Shown: positions 37,080-50,265 of the stretch, one piece after another
Layout of the letters: each line of letters opens with the position of its first letter
How positions within the stretch are numbered: the first letter of the stretch is position 1
NCBI GenBank assembly: GCA_002256025.1
Contig: NKIB01012542.1
Span: 1-64,000 of the forward strand
Length of the DNA stretch: 64,000 nucleotides
Direction: 5' to 3'
DNA from: Asterionella formosa
Lineage: Eukaryota
Notes under the pieces: model-generated
What the model saw: only the letters and a program-made list of their open reading frames with translations
Told to the model about the DNA's origin: nothing
Database searches by the model: none
Translations under genes and position numbers: made by a program

Positions 37080-37575
37080 TTCTGTATCACCCAATAATTT
37101 TAACTATTAACTATTGGAAGTATTCTCATTCAAGCGAGAAAAATGGCAGATGAGATGCACTTATGTAGCTAATATTTTACTAGATCCGACGAGGTGTAAT
37201 GACTGTCGAATCAGGGCAGAGTGAATGTGGTATATTTCACCCGGAAATGGGACTATTATCGGAATTTATTCAACCTAGTAAGAATGCATCCAGCACTGCT
37301 GCTTCCTTCCATCTACAGAAGTAAACCTGAAAGATAGCATTGATATTTAACCCAGTTGTTGAGGAGAGCTTCTTCAAGCTTGCAAAGGGGATGTTATCGT
37401 GAAGCTACACTTGAAAGAACAGGATATCAGAGGCCTAACTATAGTTCAAACTGCTTATTTTCTATTGAAGCTTAACGACGCTCACGTCCATGAAATATTA
37501 AATGCTAAAAACTATTTCAACAACGAAAGGGAACAAAAAAATTTGTCACTATGGTTTCATATCAAACCTAGTCCA

Positions 37576-38451
37576 TCATACCGCCCAATTGACATCTAAG
37601 ACGCTGCATTTCTCGTGGATGTCACGACCAATATCGCTAACAATCCCGAGTCTACGTCGGTTGGAACCCGAGCATTCTATGAAGCGAGGACCACACATTT
37701 TTTCGTCGCATAGCAGGCAATCGTTCAATCCTCCGTCTTCTTCATTATGGACCCCCATATCTCTAAAGAAATATTTGACCTTGATACAGGTATATTTGCA
37801 ATGTCTCACATTGCATTGGATATCGTCCACCCAGCAGTCCTCGCAAGGCTTGGTGAATCCAATTCTCTCTTGCAAGCATTCGTGCACCGCCTGTGTTCCT
37901 CCAGTGAATATGAGAAACGCGCATGCGGTCGAATCTGCCGTCAAGGTATTTGTCGTTTCTGCTTGAATGTCAATGTCGTGCAGGTTTGAACACTTCCCGC
38001 AGGACCCGCAGTGAGCGACCTTGTATCCATCCAAATGAGCTTCGTGTGCGATGGGAAAAGTGCTAAAATCAACCTGTGGATTAGTAGAAGTCGTTTCCCT
38101 CATGGCACAAACATTCGGTGTAGTGTAATAAGGCAACGTCGACGGTGCCAAATCGTAAGCTCGTTTTTCGATTCTGGCGCCAACGAGAACGATGCAAACC
38201 AGGAGTACGGTGAAAAATGACACGGTGACAATAACTCTGTATACCCATAGAAGGAAGCTGTTCCGTCGGTCGCTGTCGATGAACTTGAGTTCGTCCATGA
38301 CGGACGCAGCCTCAGTTGATGCCTCTGTTGATGCGACATCGTTGTCGTTGTTTTCGTGATTTGCGGCCTTGTGGCTGGCCAAGATGGAATCAGCAAGCTC
38401 CAAATCATCCAGGCTCACTGTGTAGTACCGTTGTGCCCTCAAACTCATCAT
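37576..38451 (-). CDS. Cys-rich single-pass membrane protein of unknown function
   Basis: One TM helix, then a domain with about 14 Cys (AHCGSCGKCSNLHDI, GFTKPCEDCW, CLLCDEKMCGPRF..CSGSNRRRLGI). Confidence 0.75.
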   Translation of the reverse strand: MMSLRAQRYYTVSLDDLELADSILASHKAANHENNDNDVASTEASTEAASVMDELKFIDSDRRNSFLLWVYRVIVTVSFFTVLLVCIVLVGARIEKRAYDLAPSTLPYYTTPNVCAMRETTSTNPQVDFSTFPIAHEAHLDGYKVAHCGSCGKCSNLHDIDIQAETTNTLTADSTACAFLIFTGGTQAVHECLQERIGFTKPCEDCWVDDIQCNVRHCKYTCIKVKYFFRDMGVHNEEDGGLNDCLLCDEKMCGPRFIECSGSNRRRLGIVSDIGRDIHEKCSVLDVNWAV

Positions 38452-39111
38452 GATGAATCAGAATGGAAGGACCTTGGGAGGACAAAAATGCTTTTCGGCA
38501 GCAGTTCTCTTTGTCAGTTGTGGTAAAATTTTGTTCCTTCGCGATTGCCTCGGAAAGAGTCGTGCCCGCAGATATACCTACCAGGATTACCGCATGATGT
38601 ATCAAGAATTTTTATACCTGTGATGCATTACCCCGTATAGTCTACGGGTATTTCTACACATGATACTTTTTTGAAACGCGCACCACGACCAAGCAACAGG
38701 CCCACGCTGGCGTCCTACCGGTACCAGAACATATTTCATGTATGCCTGATTCAATCACGCACCTGGTGAGAAACCAGGTTTCTCCAGTTCTTGTACCTGG
38801 TAGGAGTACCTGGTGCTGTACCTGGTTACCTTCCTCGTCCAGGACATTTGAAATAATCATATGGTAAGTTTTACACGAACAAATTTTGTTTCGTACAAAT
38901 ACATAATTTGACATCATACCAGTGTACTTGCTTTACCAGGTACAAGAACATGCAAAAGTAAGAAAGTGATAAGCACCTGATGGTTTACCGGTATTCTATG
39001 TCATAATAATGCATAAAAGACTCGCGCAGCGTAGCAATACATACCAATACGTTGATTGTCATACCGGTAACCAAGAAAGAGAAGCAACAACAAAAATGCG
39101 TTGGACATATA

Positions 39112-39757
39112 CCGTATACTTCATTGTCCTGGACCCCGATGTACACTGCCGTGACTGAATTTGACTGATTTTACTTCAGGGGGCCCAGGACAATCAAGAG
39201 ATTTCCCTTATAATGGACCTAAGTAAATTTCTTTAGTTATACGGGATAGCGAACATTTTTCTAAGATGTATTAATATGACAATTATTTCCGTCTTGAGAA
39301 AAATGAGAGAGTTCTTCACCTCGCAAGAAAAACGCGACTTCATGTTGTTATCGGCGATCTCAATTTTCGTTGTCATTATTAGTGTTATTACTTTACTTCT
39401 CTTACGATTGTATTTTCCATGTCGTTCTTAATACAGGTAGCAAGTAGCAAAGCGTCGTTCTCTATTTTCGTGGAGATAATTCGTATTTTCGTCATGGTCA
39501 AGGTTGCGACAACATCATGAAGGATTCTCCAGCTGCTCACAGCCACTGCCTGTCGTCTCTTGTGTTTTGTATGTACAAATGAATCGCAAAATGGTTGCTA
39601 AATTATTATATACTAGTGCCTACAAGGACAAAAAGAATTATAGCACGTTACTTTGTCTATGACAAGAAAATTATTGGGTGTTTGATTCCACCTCGAGAAA
39701 AATGTACAAGGGGGTCCAGCAACCATAGGGGGGGGTCCAGGACAATGAAGTATACGT
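39112..39757. mobile_element. ~645-bp non-autonomous TIR element (family C, pogo-like CCGTA terminus)
   Basis: 25-bp perfect inverted repeat CGTATACTTCATTGTCCTGGACCCC (39113-39137) / GGGGTCCAGGACAATGAAGTATACG (39732-39756). The left flank is TA; the right terminus is mutated. Confidence 0.85.
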
Positions 39758-40185
39758 TGTATCGGGACTTTTCCCAAAAAGGCTTGAAAACGAGAAAACT
39801 ATTCGTAAATTCAACTGCCCATTGACATTTGCACCACAATTGCACCACCGATTGCACCACTATCACTTAGAGAAACCAAAATGAACCATCAGACTACCCA
39901 TATATTAAATCCGTGCTTCGAGCTGCACTGCCGTAGTGATATTTTCTACATAAGATCACGATCAGGTTCATATAAGATATGTATTTTGTAGTAGCCAACG
40001 GCCGTAGGCTATCCGGTACATACCGGTACATCTAATGGGACATACCGGTACTAATAAAATATTGCAAGCATTTTGTATCATATATATAGGTTACAACCGG
40101 TAATGAATTTTGAACTAAGGCACTCCTTGCTGACGTCAAATTGTCGCTGCACCACTTTGCACCACCACAGACCTACCTACTGGTA

Positions 40186-40981
40186 CCAGTAAAAAACTGC
40201 ATTGACCCAGTGTTCTATCCCATTCATTTGATTATTTCGACTAAAACTTAGCCCCCCTCTCTCTGAAATCTGTTCTGAAGTATTGTTGGCATAAATATAA
40301 GGCGTCGGTACGTAAGCATCCTTTTCTTAGTTAAATTGTACCTCTGGATCAGAAGATATTTATATAAATCTAGACGAAAAATTCATTCTCAGTGGGTCAA
40401 TGGAGTATATGAAAAATTTTATATTCGTTGATGAACACGGATTATCCTGTTTGGTTCAAAGCGAAAAGACATCATAAAATGCATGATGCTCCATACATGA
40501 TACCAGTACATTGTACAGGTACCTGTTACCAATCCTGGTACCAGGTACTATAGATGTATTAGTTTTGTCCGCAGCCATTGGTACATGTTGGAGTAGTACC
40601 AGGTACCTGGTACCAGGTTCTCGGTACCACTTACCCTACATAGATACTGGTATTACACGGCCTCGCCGGGTTTCATCAATTTTTATTTACAGAATTATTA
40701 TTGACAAGGTTATAGATAAGACATAAAATGTGATACATTTATATACATTGTTGCACACAATATAAAACGAGAACTCCAAACTTTGGATAATCCATGCTTT
40801 TCACTTTGTTTTTGATCGCCACTTTTGACCTAAATTAACGAAAGATCGACGTCCAAACATTCTGGAGATTAAGAAATAGAAAATGAATGATTTTTCATAA
40901 CAAAACGTGTTTTTTATACCGTCCTCAGTGGGTCAACGTAGTTCGAAAATTTTCCCAGTGGGTCAATGCATTTTTTACTGG
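40186..40981 (-). mobile_element. MITE family B, inverted copy
   Basis: TA|CCAGTAAAAAACTGCATTGACCCAGTG ... CAGTGGGTCAATGCATTTTTTACTGG|TA. Reverse-complement homology to 27879-28698 along its length. Confidence 0.9.
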
Positions 40982-40989
40982 TACCGGTA

Positions 40990-43900
40990 CCAACTAAAAA
41001 CTGAGAGTCAACGTTTCAGTACTCCTTCTTTCGCCTAATATTATCGAAGTTTCTTAAGGTTGCTGCATTTGAAACCCTAGGCAAAAATTAAAACATTGCT
41101 TAGGGTTGCCAAAATTCCCTGGAATTAAGAATTTAATCAGCTATTTTTGAATGACGTGATTCCATTTGGAATATTTAAATCAGTGGAAATTTGTGAATAC
41201 GTACATAGATTCCTTGTCGAAATTGCTAAATATATATAAACACTCTTAGTCACTGAATGTATGTATACGCTAAAAATACGATCAACATGTATGCATGGAC
41301 ACTCTATACTTCGATTAATGATTTTATATGCTATGCATTGAATCTGTTCGAAATATTCAAATCGTTTAATATAGATATACACATTTAGATTCTAAATCGC
41401 TTCATGTGCATACACCAGTACTACAATCTATACTCCGATTGATGACTATCATGGGTAATGTATATGACCCGGCGGCTCGGCAAATATTTGAAAGTGCACT
41501 CAAGGGAGCGGTACACATATGTCCAATGATGATCATCAACTGGTACCAGGTACCTGTCGTGAATATAGCACCGGACTGTCAATTCGCCCAAGAAAATGTT
41601 ACATGTTTATCCAATGTGGCCGGCATGGGTTTGCAAGACCTCGCAAACCAGGCCAATCAAACAGAGGAATGTAATTCACGTTCACCAATCATATTATATA
41701 TGTGGAAGCGGGCACTTACAATGGAACTTTTTCGACAGGAGATTTTAGGACTAAAAATTCCGGCACACGACTATCATTCCGATGATGACGTTTCGGCACT
41801 TAATAATTCTGATTCCGATATTTTGGTGACCGTAGAAAAGGCCGATTTTGTCGAGTTTTTTTGACGACGATAGCTAAACGTTGGCTGGGTCTGACGGCGA
41901 TTTAGATACATAGGTAACTATCAAATAGCATCAGTATATAACTTCTGGCGAGAAACTGCAGAAAGGAACTTCGGTTTTTTACTACGCCAAATAAACAGAT
42001 TTCCCCCGAAATTTCGAGTCTTTTTAGCCTAGTTAAAAAACCGAAGTTCCTTTTTGCAGTTTCTGACCAGATCCTATATACTGACGATATATAGAGTGGA
42101 CCTACACCCCTACTTTGTCCGAAGACTGTATGTAAGCATATGGAAAGGGTGTGTATTGGTGAAAGCTCCGTTGAGCGTTATACATATTCAATTTGTATTT
42201 GAAAAGTATGTGTTTGATTAGTCTGACTGAATATTTTTTATTAACCCTACCTCGAGCTAGGGTTTCAAATGCAGCAACCTTAAATGATAAAATTCGAACC
42301 ATATAAAAACCTTATTGTTGTCGATAGAACGGGGATAGCTATCACTTGATCAGTTCTAAAGTAGAACATGCAGTTATGGAGATCTAAGCCATTCAGTTTG
42401 ACCCATTTCGACTCATAACGTTGACTCTCAGCAGTACATATTTTTTAAATGTAGACATGAAGTTTTTTACCCCCAAATCATTCTTTTTAGGTTGTCGATT
42501 GTTACCACAAAAACTATTCTATTACTTTTGTTGATCCTATAATTATCAGTACCAGCTACCGGTGACAGGTACAAGGAAGGTCTGGTAATCAGTGAATTGC
42601 GCGCACTATATACTACAAATTCCATGTAGCAGCCAGTTTCAACCTACTTCATTGGAAGTCTGACCGGCTCACCAATTTCGAAGAGATTAAAAATCTCAAA
42701 ATATTTCCATGTATTTACACTACCTGTAACCATTATAAAGTTTCAAATGGAAAAGCGCTGCCACCTTTCACAGCAGAATCGCTGACTACCAACTTCAACT
42801 TACTGACTGTGGTTTTCTTGTTGCTAACTGCTGACTTGATTTGCTGAAAATCTGAAATATTTGCTGAATGCTGACTTCATTTGTTGACTACTGACATGAG
42901 TTCACTGACTGCTAACTTCAACATGCTGACGTCAAGCAAGCTACTTTGTACACAGGAAGAGACCAACTACCGGCTCTGGTGTATGAATTGTGTTTAATTT
43001 TCATGTTTAAATAACGATGGAAATACATCTTTTTGTTGTTGAGATACTAAAAGCGATGCTTTCTTTGTTCATACCATCGGGGGTACTCCATTCAAGATAA
43101 TAAACTGTGAAATAGACATTGATGCATAAGAAAGTCATTGCTATCTACTTGTTCATATTTCTACCACTATGTACCGGTACTATCGTAAAAATGCTGACTT
43201 CAACTTGCTAACTACTGACTGCGGACTTCGTTTCGCTAACTGCTGACTTGATTCACTAAAAATTTGAAAAAATCGCTGACTGCTGACTTCTTTTGCTGAC
43301 TGCTGACTTCAAGTTCATTTTGACAATTAAACAAGTAATGGCTTAACATCTACTACTATGTAAACAACTATTTAAAGAATAACTTCTAAGTGGCAAAAAA
43401 TTTAGGGGATCGACAATTTTTTGGAGTGTACCCCTGCCTTTTTTGCATGTGAATCGATGAACAGAAAACGAGATACCTGCACGCTATGTGCGCTGTTTAC
43501 CGGACCTTTCAGGGTTTTAAGTGCCGATCATAGGAGTACTAGTAGCATGTTCATCAAGTCTTTGTTCATACCTCGCATATCAATCACTTCAAGTTCTCAT
43601 CTTTCCGGTGGGTCTCCTCTTGTTTCAATTCATTTCACAGGTGATTTTTGTGATTTTAAGAAAAATCCCGGTATGTTGTGTTTCAGGTAGTCACGCCAAG
43701 ATGTCGTATCTGATGTTCTCCATTTAGGTAGAGGAGAATGCAAAATGATATCGTTATATATTTTACCGTAGCAAAACAATCTATTCGGACACTAAATGAA
43801 TATACCTACAGAAATACTCTCTTGTAACTGTATACATATATAAAAAGTGATGCCAGCTGAATGGAGTAAAACTTAATTTAGCTTTTTTATTCCATTTCTC

Positions 43901-44090
43901 GTCGACAGTAACCTTTGGGACCAAATACGGAAGTAACACTACTAGCTAATTGACGAGATCAAAGCTCTATCATTATTGGTTAGTACATAAATCGCTACAA
44001 CATTGCTTGAATAATTATGTTCGTATCTAGCATATTTAGCCCAAAACGCGAATTTACTCGATTTAACGTTGACTCTCAGTTTTTAGGTGG
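40990..44090. mobile_element. ~3.1-kb TIR element (family D) with nested internal inverted repeats
   Basis: 26-bp TIRs with 1 mismatch: TA|CCAACTAAAAACTGAGAGTCAACGTT (40990-41015) and AACGTTGACTCTCAGTTTTTAGGTGG|TA (44065-44090). A third partial TIR lies at 42417-42431. No transposase was recognised. Confidence 0.8.
42780..43316 (+). repeat. Two ~130-bp direct-repeat blocks built of GCTGACT units (42780-42935, 43193-43316)
   Basis: Many (T)GCTGACT(T) heptamers; the two blocks align with each other. Confidence 0.75.
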
Positions 44091-46104
44091 TACCTGGTAC
44101 CATCCTACCGGTAACTATGTTACTGGTACAAGGTACCAGCAGATGTTGAAATTGTGCTGACCCTAAAACATGAGCTATCTTTATCCAAATTATCTCCTCA
44201 ATATTGATATGTTGGATAGCAAACAATTTTCAGAGGTTAAGAAATTTCTAAATGCGTTGATAACAAAGTTGTATGGTTGACACAATAACTTTGAAAATTT
44301 CACTCAAAACCAACCTTATTGGTTGTACTTTCATTTATGGCTTCAACAGGTACTACATTTCCGTGCCTATGCAGTAACAAGTGTAAGTAATGGTCTTGCT
44401 ATGGACAATCTAATTCACATTCCTGCAGAGGATGATGTTGCCAAGCTCCCTGTTCAACGAAGCAAAGGTAGAAAATATGGCAGCTCCCTGTTCAACGAGG
44501 AAAAGGTAGAAAATATGGCGGCAATGAGTTTGAGAACACATCCAAACAAGTGGTCGATGTTCTTAAAGAACTTTCAAAAGCAAATGAGCGCTGTACACAA
44601 ATGATAGTTGCCTCTCAAATATCCAATGCAGAGTTTGCTCGAGCATCTTTTCTTGTAAAACGAGAGAAGAAAATAATGGATGTTGTGAGTATGTACCGCG
44701 AAAAGTTAAAGGAAGCTTGAAGTGAAGTATCAAGCAATGAAGTGTCACAAAATGTGATAGTGAAGAGTATCAAGAGAGTGTCAGTTTTGTTGAATTTGTT
44801 GAAGCCAAACTTTTTGAAGCTATGGATGTACTGAACAAGAATTCTGTAGCTCTCATAAAAACAGCTGAAGAAATACAATTAATCATAATTAGGTTAACAA
44901 TTATATTTTTACTTAGTTCTTGTTATTACCTAGTTATTCCTTCCAGTTATAGTTTGTATGCCAAATTAATCCTATTTCAGTCTGTTCATGCTGTTGGCAC
45001 AACACATTTGCAGGAGGTTGCTTAAACCCGTTGTTGGTGACAACATCAAGAATAATAATTTGCTGAATCTGTGATGAACTTTGCACTAAATCCAACTTCC
45101 TGACAGTTGGAAGAAAAGCCCAACCAAGAGGAGCATTGCTTGGGCAATGGATCAACAAGCTTCAACTAGTCAGAAATTAAATTCCATTAGCAAGTTCTTT
45201 CTTTTTATAAGCATCTATGAGTAGGCAAACATTGTGTAAGCAGGCACAAGCAGAAATAATTGCGACTGATTTCTTCATCCGCAGGATCCTCCATTTATTG
45301 GTGAGCCATCCAAACATCATCTCAATTCTAATGCGTAGTTGTGAAAGGAATTACTAGTTGTATGCATCTTTGTTTGTTGATTCCCTTTGACTTCCAAGAT
45401 TTGGACAGAGCACTTGATCAGTCAATGTGTAAACAGCATCATCTGCTTTGTAGCTATTGTCCTGGACGAAGGTTGGATACAATCTGAAAACGTTTTTTTC
45501 TTTCAAATGCCTTCTGATCTGGACATTTTCCTGGTGTCACGACACCAAAGTATAGGAAACAACAATTGCTGTTCCAAAAAGCTTGAACATTCAATCCATA
45601 TGACATATAATGCCCAGACCAATATTGCTGCTTGAGGGAAGCCATCACAATCCTTTTTTCTTGGTTTAGAAATAGGCTGTAAATATCCATCTATAGCACC
45701 AATGCATCCACGAAATAGTTTTTGCTCGCTTTTTTCAAGGAATCCATTCATCGCTGTTTGTTTCTCCTTGTTTGTTGTTGTAGGGAATTTTATTGATAAT
45801 GCTGTGCAAGAGTTCACCGCATCAAGGAATTTTAGTGATGGCATAAACAGATGGATAAGAAACTCCATAGACATGACGAATGTCTATGAGTTTTCTGCCT
45901 GTAAGCCAGCGAAGTACAATGGCAAGGATCAACTCAGGATAAATATGCTGATTTGAGCTGTATAAACTGGAACTTGCATTTGATTTGACAACATAAACTG
46001 TGATGGAAAGTCGAAGGAGTTCCAGTAGTTGATTGTTGAAAGCTTCAAGAGACATGCGAACATGCGATATTCACAATGAAATCTATTCTCCTGAAGAAGC
46101 TTTG

Positions 46105-49100
46105 CATCTAAGCCGCATATCACTACGCGAAGTGACCATCATGTATATAAGCCTAGTTGATTTTGAATGGATCACATGAATTACTTGAATACATCAAAAT
46201 GCTCACTTGAATGTATCTATATATTATCTGAATACATCACGTTAATTATTTGATCAGAGTATCATGCAAGCATTCCTGATCATCACTATATTACGTGATC
46301 ATCTTCACATAATTATTTGAAATACTTCACTTAATTCTGTAATTTAGTTCACATTGCCTTATAATTTTGTTCTCGTAATTCTATAATATAGTTCAAGTAA
46401 TGTATTAAATGTGTTAACGTAATTCTGCAATTTTGTTCACGTAATTTAAAAGTACTATCAAATATATTTATTACTAAATCAACTACTACCCGTATTTCAC
46501 ATTACATGGGAAACAAATCTCGATATGAAATCAAACAAAGCAGTTCTTTCAGAATGGCATCTTCAGTCTTGAGAAGGCAGGCATTATGAGACGTCTATAA
46601 GGACAATGCAAGACAAACAGAAGCCGTTCATTTTGAAAAAATAATTATTAATTCTTGAACAGCAGGCATCATGGTGCGAAATTGCAACAGGAATGCATCA
46701 CACTGACTTCCTTCTTGTCCTTGAAATGACTTCTTCATTGACCTGCAACAATTTACATAAACACAGTGTGTCAGTAATTCATTTATTAGAACTCCTAGCA
46801 ACAGGAGAAAGCAACACACGCATGTGCTATTCAACTGTTTCACGAAGCAGTCAAATTGACAGCAAGACACCGGCATTCTTAGCCACCAGGCAGCACCGCA
46901 ACTCACTGATGCATTCAAAATAATGCACCTGTTGTGAAATGGACGGCTAAAATGTAAAATAAATTTATAGAACAATAACAAAAGCGTGTGATTTATCGCT
47001 CGCTCTGCTGATGTGATGAAAAAAATGAGGATTAAGCTTACCTTAGCTAGTAAAATCTTCTATTGTGGGTCTCCATATTGCATCATTTCACCTTCTATCA
47101 CTCCTGCTTTCAGAAAAACACTCCTTTTCTGAAAATGCCTGCTCAAATGTCAAATGAATGTTGAGAATAGCCAGCAGCATATCATTATGAATTATCAAAA
47201 AAGCAAGAAAAAATATTACCATAAAAGCATCCATTGCGGACGATCTTAATGTTGCATCATTCCACCTTTTGTTGGTGCAACAAACCATACTATGTGAGCT
47301 GGCTGATAAAAGATTTGTTTATAGTGAGGCAGGTGAAAATCTGGAAGGGGGATGCTAGTTATAAGGGTCGTCCCCATGTTGAAATTAAATTGTTCACAGT
47401 GGCGTTGATTGTTGGTGTTTTTATGAATTTAGAGGGTCAAAAATCCTGGCGCAGCCATGACTTCCTCTTTGTACCAACAGAACCTACAATCTACACAAAA
47501 AAATCTGGCGCAGTCTTGCTTACAATTTCGCCGGGAAAATTTTCCGGGGCTACAACTGTGACTTGAACAAATATGACAAGAGGGAGAGGACACAGCCAAT
47601 AGTTACTACTAATTGCATATGCACTGGATGAGCTACCATTAGCCTCGTCCTACTATAGTAAAAAAATACGCCTAGACTTTCTATTGAAAACAATCAGCTG
47701 ATGAGTTAACTAATTCACTTGCATGATGAAACTTTAATCTGTTTGTGTCTTCCTCAATTCTGTGTGAGTCGTACATTCAGAGCATTGTAGCAACTGCGTG
47801 GCAACCCATCGGTCCCATGCTTGTTCCGCCTAAAAAAAGCTCTTGGATCCCTCTAGTGTCATTGACTCCATATGACGTTTTTCTCCTTCTCAGTTCATCT
47901 TCTAGAATGGCTTCTGTTACTGATTTCACTCCATCTGGCCCTAATCGGTTTCCAGTCAAAAACAGTTTGGTCAAAGCGCACCTCTCCTGATCCCATCAAC
48001 CAACGCCATGGCTCCTTCTCCCCGCATGTGATTCCCTGCCAAGTAGAGCATATGCATGGCAGATCCAAACAAAGCACGTGCCTATGATCTAATCCCATCA
48101 CCTCCGATCCAACAATCCCAAAGCGCGGTGTGCTGAAATCCCGACAGCCGACGTATTAAAACATAACTTTGTTGCCCAAGTTGTTGTAACCTGGTTTGAG
48201 AATGAAGATTTGAATTCTGCAGTAGGGCCACTTTGACTAAGCGTGCGTCCGATGACTGAAATCCTCGCTGTGATAATCAATCTACCAATCATGAGTACGG
48301 ATGGAGTATTTGAGGGAAAAAGCGCCAAGGGGTTAGAACAACTGAGCCACAACACAGCGCAATAAGACAACAACACGCACTTGGGGTTCTTGTACCAGTA
48401 CTTAACTTGGTTAGCTATCGTCACATGAGTGCTTCTGATAAGCGCTGAAGGACACTCTCTCGAGTCGGCGTTGCTTTGGCGTAGTGGTGCGACTTCAATT
48501 TGCCAATTTTACATTGACAATGCGCACTTACTTCAGCCTAGAGCGGCGATGTATCAATTTGGTGCATGAGGATGGCGAAAACTCTTTTCGCTGTCATTTC
48601 CTAGCCGATTCATACCTTCTCGGCATATGTACCACCATACGTTACTTGAGTTGTCTTTTGCAATGATTTATCCTCTAAAAAAATTTTATCATGAACTTTT
48701 AAAATATGTAGTTGTAACATCAGCTAGTTTTGTCTTGGAAATCACTGTATGATTCTGAACCATCACATGAAAACCTCAAAGAGAAGTCTTGCTCACTATA
48801 ATAGTTCATATCATTTATGGGAAGTGCACAAATATAAGCTGTAGTTTGTCCATGCATGAAATAAGACAGCACAAATATCCTTACTATTTCACAAATAAAG
48901 ATGCATGTAGTAAATGAATCAGCCACAAGAGCAGGATATTAGTTGAACTTTGAAATGAATTATTAGAAACATCAACTAATTCAGTCTCGGGTTCAAAGTT
49001 CATTGTGAAAACTTCACATGAAACCATTAAAAATTCACATGAAACCGTTAAAAGTAACCTTTTTTACGGGAAGAGTGGCATTAATTCATGTGAAGTACCA

Positions 49101-49161
49101 TGTAATTAACACTCCTATGTAAATGAAATTTCGAAAAGTGGCGTATTTCATGGCTTAGATG
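46105..49161. mobile_element. ~3.06-kb non-autonomous TIR element with 2-bp TSD (EnSpm/CACTA-like) carrying a host gene fragment
   Basis: TG|CATCTAAGCC ... GGCTTAGATG|TG. Removing it rejoins GCTTTG+TGAC, colinear with the uninterrupted paralogue at ~18813. Subterminal TCAC(A/G)T repeats occur at both ends. Confidence 0.75.
47775..48480 (-). pseudogene. Leucine-rich-repeat (RNI/NLRC3-like) gene fragment
   Basis: RESVLQRLSEALM*R*LTK, a probable intron (~48282-48404), SQRGFQSSDARLVKVALLQNSNL, ILKPGYNNLGNK, MLYLAGNH, LTKLFLTGNRLGPDG and IQELFLGGTSMGPMG, with stops and frameshifts. Confidence 0.8.
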
Positions 49162-50265
49162 TGTGACATTTTCATTCCAGTCAATTCATTGATGCTCCCA
49201 TTTTGGCATTCGCACTGGCTTCGAGTTTTGTTCATAGGACTCCAAAAATGATAATGCAACTGCTGGAATTAACAAAAAGCTCTGTTTTTCTGCTTCTATA
49301 TCAAGATTGTCAATGACATCCCAACTGTCAGTTTCTTCCGGTCGATTTGTCATTGTCAATACAGTAATGATAATGTCAGACACGTGCATTCTGAATAAAG
49401 ATAGCTAAATATTTGGTATGAGCAGAAATAACGCAACTGCTTGTACCAGGTCACCTGGCTTGGTAATCTGCCCTCAACCAAGGGTCACATTGTGTCATCG
49501 CTAATCAGACAGCCAACAACACCAATGGATACCGCTACCTTACCGGTAGCCTACCAGGTACCACAATTATTTAGTACCTGGTACCTGGTACCTGGTACCT
49601 GAGTACCACCAGTGCAAACATGGTTGCAAGCGTAACAAAATACCGGTACCCGTACCAGGTACCAGTTAAGCGTACATATGTATCACTTCTAAATATGATC
49701 ATGACGACTACCGGTACCGTACTGTGCGTACCTGTAACCTCCGGGTATGTTCAGTTGACGTCACCCAAGACCACGCAGAAGGTTATCTTCGTTTCTTACA
49801 CGTGGTATTGCCTCCACCACGCAAACACCAGCAGCGCGTTCCCCTGACGATGCGGAGGAATCATCGTGTTTCTTTTTGTTATTTATTTTTGCTTTACATA
49901 CCGGTAGCTATATATCGTAAAAATCAATCTATACATACCGGTACATAGATAAAATAAGAATGGCTGATTTAATATCACATGTAGCTTTATGCAGGTGAAA
50001 CCGTATACAGTGGAGTACCAGTCTATCTCCCAAAATGTTATTTCGTCATGCATGTGACGAAAACGCAGCATGTTGGCGAAATCGAAACGAAAAGAGGTCA
50101 AAATCGATCGATCAACATTAGTCCTGATCAATTTCATTCTATTGTGAATTGCTCATCCTTTTTTCTTGTCGCTACCGCCGCAACTACCGTAGTACGCTTC
50201 AATTCAATTACCGTCCTTCCATTCCAGTCGAAAGGAAACGAACGAGCGAATAATCGATCCAGACG

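Larger units (their letters stand above)
45000..49380 (-). mobile_element. Decayed PIF/Harbinger transposase (DDE_Tnp_4-type), split by an insertion at 46105-49161
   Basis: Fragments LAIVLRWLTG, GCIGAIDGYLQPISKP, LNVQA...FLYFGVVTPGKCPD and SQLRIRIEMMFGWLTNKWRIL. The N-terminal part is at 49162-49380. Confidence 0.85.

Noticed and set aside
44444..44519. 38-bp tandem duplication (also a 21-bp duplication at ~992-1033)
   Set aside because: Ordinary local duplications inside decayed TE sequence.
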